From: Promethearchaeota archaeon
Lineage (GTDB): Archaea > Asgardarchaeota > Lokiarchaeia > Sigyniarchaeales > SOKP01
Direction: 5' to 3'
DNA: 64,000 bases
Assembly: GCA_030599585.1 (NCBI GenBank)
Contig: JAUVNS010000005.1
Location: forward strand, 192,001 to 256,000
In this document: positions 28,954 through 37,236 of the stretch, piece by piece
Layout: the number at the start of each line of letters is the position of its first letter
How positions within the stretch are numbered: the first letter of the stretch is position 1
Translations under genes and position numbers: made by a program
The notes under the pieces: model-generated
The model's input: only the letters and a program-made list of their open reading frames with translations
Databases searched by the model: none
Told to the model about the DNA's origin: nothing

Positions 28954-30198
28954 TTACTTGGTTACGTGAGTTAATTTCTCTATAGCAGTACCTATCATGT
29001 TCAATTTTACGGTATACTTCTCTAGTAGTTCCGCGAATTTTTCAATATCGATTTCTTTGTTCTCTTTTAATAATTTCAATTCATTAATAGTTCTCACGAT
29101 TCCTGCTTTCTTATCAATTAACCTTTCTCGTTTGCTATATGGGATTTTTTGCTCCAATTTTTTCTTTTGAAATGATTTAAATCTTTTAATATTCAAATCT
29201 TTTGGTACGAACTTAGTTAAGTATATCGTGCTTTTTGGAACAAATGGGGCTAAATTTTCGGGAATAATAATAATTGGCTCCGGGTCTTGAATTCTTTTGA
29301 TCTCCTCATAATCTAATTGATCTAAGTTCTGATCTTTCAATATATCTTTAACAATTGATAGATTTTGCTCAATGCTACTTGTTTCTTCATTAGATAATTC
29401 AGACAGACTACTGATCATTTCACTCCATATTTCTTCTGATTTTAAAAAGTAAAAATTTGCTTTTTGTTGGAGTTTGGTAACTTTATCTTTATTGATATTA
29501 GTAATAGAAGATTCTAACGAAGCTTTAGCTTTTAATTGACATGCTTTACCCATATCGAAATGAAATTGAGCTCTTAATTGTTGTTTTTTTTTCTCTTCAT
29601 GTTTCTTTAAATAGAATAATCGTTTTGATAGGGAGCTCAAACCCGAGTAGAGCTTAGAAGCAAAGTATGTGTTATTAGAATTTTCTTCTTTCAAAGCTGC
29701 GATACCTTGCGCAAGTATTCGCGCTTCTTCAGAATTTAATTCTAAGTTCTCAGATGAAAGAGTTATCCCTAAATCATGTTGATTAATAGATGCTGCACTA
29801 AAATAAGCACTTGTTTTAAATATTTTGCTACATTCAACCATAGCTATTATAGAATCTTCCCATTCTTCATTGGTTTCAAATTTTTCTGAGAGATGAGAAT
29901 AAGCTCGTGCCATAACCCATAAAGTTCGTGCACACTCAAACATTAAATCATTAATCTGGACTTCTCTGTTGTTTTCTTGTGGTTCTAAGAATGTAGGAGT
30001 AAGATCTAAAGCTTTTAAGAGTTTAACTTGATCTGTATTATGATAGTTAATATTCAAGATTTTAGTGTATTCTAAGACAAGATTTAGATCGTCTAAAGTA
30101 AAGCTTTCTTCTTCTTTATCTAATGCTTCTTCAATTTTTTTAATTTTATAATGCAGATATCGAATTCTTTGCATTACTTCTTCTGAAAAAAAAGTCAT
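28954..30198 (-). CDS. All-alpha protein, probable divergent BRO1-like domain
   Basis: MFECARTLWVMARAYSHL, CSKIFKTSAYF, LSSENLELNSEEARILAQ and ASKLYSGLS match, in order, my recollection of the BRO1 consensus blocks. Confidence 0.55.
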   Translation of the reverse strand: MTFFSEEVMQRIRYLHYKIKKIEEALDKEEESFTLDDLNLVLEYTKILNINYHNTDQVKLLKALDLTPTFLEPQENNREVQINDLMFECARTLWVMARAYSHLSEKFETNEEWEDSIIAMVECSKIFKTSAYFSAASINQHDLGITLSSENLELNSEEARILAQGIAALKEENSNNTYFASKLYSGLSSLSKRLFYLKKHEEKKKQQLRAQFHFDMGKACQLKAKASLESSITNINKDKVTKLQQKANFYFLKSEEIWSEMISSLSELSNEETSSIEQNLSIVKDILKDQNLDQLDYEEIKRIQDPEPIIIIPENLAPFVPKSTIYLTKFVPKDLNIKRFKSFQKKKLEQKIPYSKRERLIDKKAGIVRTINELKLLKENKEIDIEKFAELLEKYTVKLNMIGTAIEKLTHVTK

Positions 30199-30296
30199 AA
30201 TTCACAGTTTTTTGTTTAAATTTCAGTTAAATGTAATAATTTATTCTTATTTTAAAACCATTTTAAAATTATGAAAATTAGTACTTCATATTAAAA

Positions 30297-31616
30297 ATGT
30301 TCCATGAAGATATCTTTATCTTTGAATTTGTCTCAGGAGGAGGTTTTAGTCAAGTTGAAATCCCTTCGTCTTTATTCTGCGAAGGGTTTGCCATGTTGAG
30401 GTCAATTATAGAGGATTTTAAGAATCTTGGCTTTCATATTACGACTCTATTAGATTCTAGGATAGAATTTCTATCCCATTATATGAAAGTAGATGTAGTA
30501 AAATCTGTTGAGTTGGAAGAAGATTTTTTGAAAAAATATACAGATTGCGTGAGAAGTTCTAATTACTGTTTTGTAATTGCGCCCGAATTTTCTAATATTC
30601 TTTATAATCTTACAAAAATTGTTAAAACGAATAAGAAGAAACTTTTAAGCATAGATTTAAACGGCGTAAAGCTTGGAGCTTCTAAGCTAGAAACTTATAA
30701 GTTCTTTATTGCAAATGGAATAAATACTCCAGAATCATACAGAATACCAGTTAAAGGAAGTATTTTGGATATAAATTGGATCCTTCAAAAATGTGATCAA
30801 CTTAATAGTTCCATCGTAATTAAGCCTGATGATGGAGCAGGATCAGAGTCTGTTTTTTACTTCGAGAAAAAAGATGATGTTTTACAATTTTTTGAAAGAT
30901 TCAACAAAACATTCGATACAAATAGAAAATATATACTTCAAGAATATATCGAAGGCGATCCTATGAGTGTTTCAATAATCAACGATCAAACCCTTGAAAA
31001 AACTAACGAAAATATTCTTAAAATTCTAAGTATTAACGCTCAGAATTTACAAATAACGGACCCTACGATGGAATCTTTATATCTCGGAGGCTCTACGCCT
31101 GTAGAACAGTTTGAACAGTTGAGAAGTCAGATAGAAGATATATTAAAGTGTGTAGATTTATCAGCTTTCAAAGGTTACTTTGGAATAGATTTTGTGAAAA
31201 AGACTGACAATTCTCTATCTTTTATCGAGATTAATCCAAGATTAACTACGTCCTATGTAGGAATTAGGAATGTTTTAGAATTCAATCCTGTGGATTTACT
31301 TCTTAATCAAAAAAAAAAGGTACTTGAAATTTACAAGTTCAGCCCTCATAAGTTTTCAGAATTTACTCAAATAAAATTGAAATATGTCGGAGATTATACT
31401 TCGGGAGAAATTAATAATTTGTTATTGCCTAAATTGATAAATCTGATTCCCGAAATATTAACTCCCCCCATTATTATCAAAGGAGTAAATAAGAACAAAG
31501 AAGCTTTTTATTCTTGTTTTATCGCGACAAAATCAAACGATGTTCAATCATCGAAGTATCGTATTTCTCAAATTAAGCAGATTTTTGGCAAGTTTAATTT
31601 TCGAATAACTAAATAG
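30297..31616 (+). CDS. ATP-grasp ligase, MfnD (tyramine--L-glutamate ligase)-like
   Basis: IFEFVSGGG...LFCEGFAML, IAPE, KPDDGAGS, QEYIEG, GYFGID, EINPRLTTSYVG. Confidence 0.8.
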   Translation: MFHEDIFIFEFVSGGGFSQVEIPSSLFCEGFAMLRSIIEDFKNLGFHITTLLDSRIEFLSHYMKVDVVKSVELEEDFLKKYTDCVRSSNYCFVIAPEFSNILYNLTKIVKTNKKKLLSIDLNGVKLGASKLETYKFFIANGINTPESYRIPVKGSILDINWILQKCDQLNSSIVIKPDDGAGSESVFYFEKKDDVLQFFERFNKTFDTNRKYILQEYIEGDPMSVSIINDQTLEKTNENILKILSINAQNLQITDPTMESLYLGGSTPVEQFEQLRSQIEDILKCVDLSAFKGYFGIDFVKKTDNSLSFIEINPRLTTSYVGIRNVLEFNPVDLLLNQKKKVLEIYKFSPHKFSEFTQIKLKYVGDYTSGEINNLLLPKLINLIPEILTPPIIIKGVNKNKEAFYSCFIATKSNDVQSSKYRISQIKQIFGKFNFRITK

Positions 31617-32502
31617 AAAATAAGAGCATAATTGAGAATCCACCATAATGTACTAGCAATGAAATTATTAGCGAATTTTCAATTTTCAATTTCTTATTAA
31701 TGCTTAAATTATAGGTTAATAACCACAGAGACCACACTTGAAATAAAATCAGAAGAACGTTGTCTAATACTCTAATATATGAAAAACTTAAAGACCCAGT
31801 TGAGGTTAAAATAAACCGCAACACTAAGTAAATATCTAAAGGAAAAAAAATTATCGCAAATGTCGCTAAAAATTTCAGCGTATTATCTCTTTTCTTATAA
31901 AGGATTCGAGATAATCCCTCATTTATTAGAAAATAAAGAAGGACATTTCCTATAAAAAAAAGAGCTAGTAGAAATTGAATAATTAAATCAACGGTAGTAA
32001 ATATCGTCAAGGATTCACCGAAAAATAAAAAGAAGGGAAATAACCCGTTCAAGCCGCAAAAAATGGAACCCACTAAAGCAATCAGAAATGAAAATATGAC
32101 CACTCTATATATTCTCTTGTTCTCGTAGTTTATATATGTTTTTGGGGTTAGAAACATTAATCCTTTTAAAATGGGAGAATTAAATTCTTTTTTACTGAAC
32201 TCTGGTGTGATGATGTCATCTTTATTATCAATAAGCGAATTATAAGCGTGGAGCCCTAATTCCGACAAATAATACTTTTTGTCGCCTTGTTGTTCAATTA
32301 GACTAGACAAAGTATCTAAATGATGGTAAATAGTGCCTGTGCTCACTTTCAACTCATTTTTAAGGTAAGTAAATGAAGAAAATTTATTTTCCCCGATAAT
32401 TTTAATTATTTTTCTTCTTAATTCGTGACTTAATGCATAGTAATAATTAGCCTCGGCGTCAGCAGAGTCACTTTTTTTTTCTATGTTTTCTTTTTTTGTA
32501 AT
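31609..32502 (-). CDS. ArsR-type winged-HTH fused to a multi-TM domain (start probably non-canonical ATT)
   Basis: Frame is open upstream of the tracked TTG and encodes YYALSHELRRKIIKIIGE...FTYLKNELKVSTGTIYHHL (complete ArsR HTH); 5 TM segments follow. Confidence 0.75.
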   Translation of the reverse strand: MTKKENIEKKSDSADAEANYYYALSHELRRKIIKIIGENKFSSFTYLKNELKVSTGTIYHHLDTLSSLIEQQGDKKYYLSELGLHAYNSLIDNKDDIITPEFSKKEFNSPILKGLMFLTPKTYINYENKRIYRVVIFSFLIALVGSIFCGLNGLFPFFLFFGESLTIFTTVDLIIQFLLALFFIGNVLLYFLINEGLSRILYKKRDNTLKFLATFAIIFFPLDIYLVLRFILTSTGSLSFSYIRVLDNVLLILFQVWSLWLLTYNLSINKKLKIENSLIISLLVHYGGFSIMLLFSI

Positions 32503-32522
32503 TTTTAAATCCCTTCCAAATT

Positions 32523-32930
32523 TTATTCTTGTTTGGTTAAGAGTATGTTTAAAATTTCGAAAAATATCAGAATCGAACCAATAACTGAAAAGTAAAACCC
32601 GATTTCTGCATAGGGGATATAAAGGAGTTCTCGGGGAATGATCTCGATTATAAATATTAAAAAAAACCCAAGTCCGATGAAGTTAATGATTACAGAATTA
32701 ATCTTATAATCCAAATTATATAGAATAACAATAGCCCCAACTAAACATATTATCCCACAAATTAGGGGAAAAAGATATAAAAAGGAATCTTCAATAGCTA
32801 CACTCACTGAAATGATATAAATATATAATAAAGATTGGTTAGAGAACCAAGGTAAAAATTGAGACAATATCAACAATACCGAACCAGTTAATCCTAATAA
32901 CCGAAAATCTAAATATCTTTTGATATTCAT
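32523..32930 (-). CDS. Hypothetical membrane protein (4 TM)
   Basis: FLPW motif, hydrophobic, same orientation and 20 nt from the HTH-TM gene. Confidence 0.7.
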   Translation of the reverse strand: MNIKRYLDFRLLGLTGSVLLILSQFLPWFSNQSLLYIYIISVSVAIEDSFLYLFPLICGIICLVGAIVILYNLDYKINSVIINFIGLGFFLIFIIEIIPRELLYIPYAEIGFYFSVIGSILIFFEILNILLTKQE

Positions 32931-33040
32931 TATATCTCATCTTTTTGAATTATTTATTATTTAAATGTTCAAATACTATAAACTAAAATACTAATATTAA
33001 TTTAAGTCTTAAAATACATCTCATTAAAAATAATCATTTA

Positions 33041-34453
33041 TTGATCAAGATGTCATCAGAAAAAAATAAAGAAATTGATGTCGATTCGATTCACATTGTT
33101 GATTATTTGAAAAAAGATATACCCGTCGAGGACCTTAGAGACTTTTCTTCTTCGAGAAGAATTGGAAGCATAGATTTCGTCAAGGGAATAGCAATTATTC
33201 TTATAATTGGAGCGCATTCCGCTAAAGCGTGGCTTGTGCCTCATTGGCAGTTTTTTTATGGGATTGGTTTTGCCTTTCTGGACATTGTTGGACCGTCTTT
33301 ATTCGTTTTCTTGTCAGCTCTAAGCGTCGTTTTTAGTATACGCCGCAAAAAGGGAGAAGTAAAGGAGAAGATTATAAGAAATAGAATTTTTTCTCGGGGT
33401 ATTATGATTATCGTAATAGCGGTTATATTTAATTTAGTTTCTATCGAGTTTACCGTCCCAGGTTATTCTTTTCCCGCCACACTTTGGGGTTGGAACATTC
33501 TGATGTTCATAGGTTTTGCGCAGATATTTTCTTATTATGCATTGAAACTTAGTAAAATTGCTCGGGCTATCATTGGTTTCATTATTATCTTTGCATCTGA
33601 CTCAATTCGGCTGTATCTTTTTCAAGGAAAAGAAGCAGGAGATTTAATAAGTACTGTTCTGCATTACATTATAACTTCTCCCTCTCCTATGACACCGTTA
33701 TTACCATGGATTTCAATCTGCTTTATCTCATCGATTTTTGGAGAATACTTGTATGAAGCCATGGTTGGAGGAACGATAAAAGACTATAAAAAGTTATTTC
33801 GAACATTCTTATATTGGGGAATATTTTTCATCCTCGTAGGTATTTTTCTAGGTAGAAATTCATATTTACCATCTCTGACTGGAGACGAGTTTATTTTAGC
33901 TACGAATACTACAATAGGAAGGCTACCTGCAAATGAATACCCCCACATCCTTCTTTGGTATGACATGATAACCCAAAAATTTCTACCCGATATTACTTAT
34001 CCTGGTATGTGGGAATTTACGATAAGGGGAAGAGCCCCTAACATGATATATAATTTAGGTGCTGCCCTTATTCTCATTGCAGTATGTTTCTACTTCATAG
34101 ATATTAAAAAAAAGATGAATAATTTTATAACAATGATAAATTATTTTGGAAAAGTATCATTAAGCTTGTTTTTGCTACATTTTGTTTTTATAACTCTGTT
34201 TTTGAATACCCTAGATTTCGTCGCTTATGCCTTTTTATATTTTTCATACGTGGGATCTTGGGGGTTCATAATGTATATATGGAACGAGTTCTATGACGGT
34301 GTAGGGTCGCCGGAATGGCTTATGGTTCAAATTGGAAGAATCGGACAAAAAACGGGGAAAACAGTAAAGAAAGAAATTCTCGTCATCGAAGAAGAAATAA
34401 AAGAAACGGTTCATAAAATAAGAAAAGACCATGACGAAGGATCAAAGAAATAA
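33041..34453 (+). CDS. DUF1624/HGSNAT-like membrane acyltransferase, paralog 1
   Basis: RIGSIDFVKGIAI..I.AH, PSLFVFLS, WNILMFIG, PLLPW, FGKVSLSLF..H. Confidence 0.8.
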   Translation: MIKMSSEKNKEIDVDSIHIVDYLKKDIPVEDLRDFSSSRRIGSIDFVKGIAIILIIGAHSAKAWLVPHWQFFYGIGFAFLDIVGPSLFVFLSALSVVFSIRRKKGEVKEKIIRNRIFSRGIMIIVIAVIFNLVSIEFTVPGYSFPATLWGWNILMFIGFAQIFSYYALKLSKIARAIIGFIIIFASDSIRLYLFQGKEAGDLISTVLHYIITSPSPMTPLLPWISICFISSIFGEYLYEAMVGGTIKDYKKLFRTFLYWGIFFILVGIFLGRNSYLPSLTGDEFILATNTTIGRLPANEYPHILLWYDMITQKFLPDITYPGMWEFTIRGRAPNMIYNLGAALILIAVCFYFIDIKKKMNNFITMINYFGKVSLSLFLLHFVFITLFLNTLDFVAYAFLYFSYVGSWGFIMYIWNEFYDGVGSPEWLMVQIGRIGQKTGKTVKKEILVIEEEIKETVHKIRKDHDEGSKK

Positions 34454-34628
34454 CATTCAATCTAAATTTCGATTTCTAATTAACTTTATTTAGAAATTAC
34501 ATCTTCTACCCATTTTTTTTAACTTATATAATAAAGTTTAAATTTTCATAAATTAAGAATACTTTATAATTTCGTAGTTATTGATTTACGAATAACATTC
34601 AATTTATCAACATAGCGATGAGTAAAAA

Positions 34629-35897
34629 ATGTCAATTGAAAACGAATTTGGAACAGCAACCGAATCCCCTCCGCTCTTTAACTATTTGCAAGAACTAATT
34701 CCTTTAGAAGATATCCGAGATTTTGCTTCTCCAAAGCGTATCGGAAGTATCGATTTTGTAAAAGGTTTTGCAATAGTTTTTATTATATTAGCACATTCAG
34801 CTGCCGTTTGGTTAAACAGTGAAAATTACTATCTTTATGGCGTGCTATTTGCACTGCTTGATTTTCTTGGGCCGTCCTTGTTTGTTTTTCTTTCAGCTTT
34901 AAGCGTGATTTTCAGTATTCGAAACAAACAGAACAAATTGCCCTCTAAAGTGATACGTATGAGGATATTTTCTAGAGGCATTATTATCATCCTTATTGCG
35001 ACAATTTATAATGTTACATCTCTTAGTATAGAAGCTCCTTCTGTTCCTTTTCCTCTAAACCTCTGGGGGTGGAACATCCTAATGTTCATCGGCTTTTCGC
35101 AAATCTTTTCTTATTATGCAGTAAGATTGACAAAGCTTTCTAGAGCTATTATAGGAATTGTAATTGTTTTCTCTTCAAATTTCATAAGAGATCTCCTCTT
35201 CATCCCAGGTATTGAAGATGGTAATTTGATAGTTATTTTCGTTCATTTTCTTGTAGTAGGTCCTCTTCCTATGGTTCCACTCCTACCTGGATTGGCGATC
35301 TGCTTTATTTCTACAATTTTTGGAGAATATCTTTACGAAGCGATGAATAAAGGAACTCACGACGCGTACGTTGGATTGTTTCGTATCTTTATGATATGGA
35401 GTATAATTTTAATTTTAATTGGCATAGGATTTGGATTTCAATTATATACCCGTGACACGATACTAGGGGGCGTTTCTGAATACCCAAATATAGCTCTCCT
35501 AGATGTGGCAAATAGACCAGCTTTTATTAATCTCCCTGGAATGCCCGAGTTTTTAATCAGAGGAAGAGGCCCAAATTTGATATATAATTTAGGTGCTGCT
35601 TTATTAGTTATTTCTATTAGCTTTTACTTCATTGACATTAAGAAAAATTATGGTAATTTTGTTAAAATGCTGGTATACTACGGTAAGGTATCTTTAAGTT
35701 TGTTTTTCGTTCATCAAATATTCCTCGGTTTGTTCAGTAGACAATTTGACCTTATTCTATTTCTTACCACAGATATAACCTATATAGGTATGATGGGCTT
35801 TCTAATGTATATTTGGATGGAGTATGCCAATGGTGTTGGATCCCCGGAATGGTTAATGGCTGCGATGGGTAGATTTGGAAAAAAAAAGCGAAAATAG
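34629..35897 (+). CDS. DUF1624/HGSNAT-like membrane acyltransferase, paralog 2
   Basis: Same motifs as the upstream paralog, including the terminal GVGSPEWLM. Confidence 0.8.
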   Translation: MSIENEFGTATESPPLFNYLQELIPLEDIRDFASPKRIGSIDFVKGFAIVFIILAHSAAVWLNSENYYLYGVLFALLDFLGPSLFVFLSALSVIFSIRNKQNKLPSKVIRMRIFSRGIIIILIATIYNVTSLSIEAPSVPFPLNLWGWNILMFIGFSQIFSYYAVRLTKLSRAIIGIVIVFSSNFIRDLLFIPGIEDGNLIVIFVHFLVVGPLPMVPLLPGLAICFISTIFGEYLYEAMNKGTHDAYVGLFRIFMIWSIILILIGIGFGFQLYTRDTILGGVSEYPNIALLDVANRPAFINLPGMPEFLIRGRGPNLIYNLGAALLVISISFYFIDIKKNYGNFVKMLVYYGKVSLSLFFVHQIFLGLFSRQFDLILFLTTDITYIGMMGFLMYIWMEYANGVGSPEWLMAAMGRFGKKKRK

Positions 35898-36028
35898 AAA
35901 ATCGTTATTGGCGTAAAATTCAACCCAAATAGATTTTATTTTGCTCTTTAAATGTGGTTATAACTATTAAATTTACCTTTAAGATAATTATATATATAAA
36001 TAATTCTATATTGAATTGGTGACCCCTA

Positions 36029-36547
36029 TTGGATAAATCGTCTTATAAATTTAAAGTATGCTTGTTTGGTCCTGGAAATGTGGGTAAAACCTCATTACTT
36101 ATTAGATACATTAAAGATTTCTTTAACACTGATTTGAAAAAAACCATTGGCTCGAGTTTCTTGATAAAAGATGTAGTAATTGATGAAGTAGATGTCAGAC
36201 TCTTGCTATGGGATATAGGCGGTCAAGATATTTTTAAAAAATTGCGAACGATTTATTTTAAGGGAAGTAATGCCGCTTTTGGTGTATTTGATGTGACTGA
36301 TCCCCAATCTCTTTTAAAACTTCCTGGATGGGTAAGCAGTATTAAGAAAACAGTGAAAAAAAGTATCCCAATGATCATCGTTGGTAATAAGATTGATTTG
36401 GAACGCCAAGTTGGGAGACAAGAAGCAGAAGATCTAGCAAAAAGATTAAATTGTGATTATTTAGAAACATCTGCTAAAACAGGAGAAAAAGTTGAGATTG
36501 CCTTTGAAAAAATTGCTCGAGCTTGTCTGAACTCAATTAGAGTATAA
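36029..36547 (+). CDS. Rab-like small GTPase (Ras superfamily)
   Basis: G1 GPGNVGKT, G2 TIG, G3 WDIGGQ, G4 NKID, G5 ETSAK; no C-terminal prenylation motif. Confidence 0.93.
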   Translation: MDKSSYKFKVCLFGPGNVGKTSLLIRYIKDFFNTDLKKTIGSSFLIKDVVIDEVDVRLLLWDIGGQDIFKKLRTIYFKGSNAAFGVFDVTDPQSLLKLPGWVSSIKKTVKKSIPMIIVGNKIDLERQVGRQEAEDLAKRLNCDYLETSAKTGEKVEIAFEKIARACLNSIRV

Positions 36548-36578
36548 TCTAATCTGAAATGTCTTATTGAATTAATAA

Positions 36579-37202
36579 TTAACTCATTTTTATGCCATAG
36601 TTTAGAAGTTCTTCAACCAATTTATCTAATCCCATATATCTAATCGAATTTATACCCATCTCTTTAGCTGATCGGACGTTGTTTAAGCCATCATCGATAA
36701 ATAAAATCTCTTTTGGTTTGCATCCAGCTATTTTTATGGCAAGTTTAAAAACTTTCGGATCTGGTTTTGTGAGATGAATTTCATGAGAAAGTATAAATTC
36801 ATCAAAGAGTTCCCAAATATCCCATTTTTGTTTCTTTAGAAAGTTCCAATGGCTTGAATTGATATTTGACATACAGATAAGTTTAAAACTGTTAAAAGTT
36901 TTAATCTTTTTTATCAAATCTACCATTTCTAAATTAAGCTTGTCAATGATGCTGTTAAAAGAATCGAAAAATTGATCCTGATTGAGAGAACAATCTCCTA
37001 GTATTTCACAAGATTGTTTATAAAATTCTTCATCCGTTATCTTACCTTGATGGTATATGTCTGATTGACGAAAAAATTCTAACATTATTGGAGTTTGAGG
37101 TTTATTCAACGGAGATGGTGTAATAACATCATTGAAAAATCTACTAAAATCCAAATCAATTAAAACATCTCCTAAATCAATAATTACACATTTAATCGTC
37201 AT
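36579..37202 (-). CDS. HAD-family phosphatase (YihX-like)
   Basis: DLGDVL, SNIN, KPDPKVF, FIDD...NV motifs; start moved to an ATG downstream of thrS (37202, alternatively 37211). Confidence 0.88.
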   Translation of the reverse strand: MTIKCVIIDLGDVLIDLDFSRFFNDVITPSPLNKPQTPIMLEFFRQSDIYHQGKITDEEFYKQSCEILGDCSLNQDQFFDSFNSIIDKLNLEMVDLIKKIKTFNSFKLICMSNINSSHWNFLKKQKWDIWELFDEFILSHEIHLTKPDPKVFKLAIKIAGCKPKEILFIDDGLNNVRSAKEMGINSIRYMGLDKLVEELLNYGIKMS

Positions 37203-37236
37203 TCTCATCATCTCCAATCTTTTTTTATATAAAACT

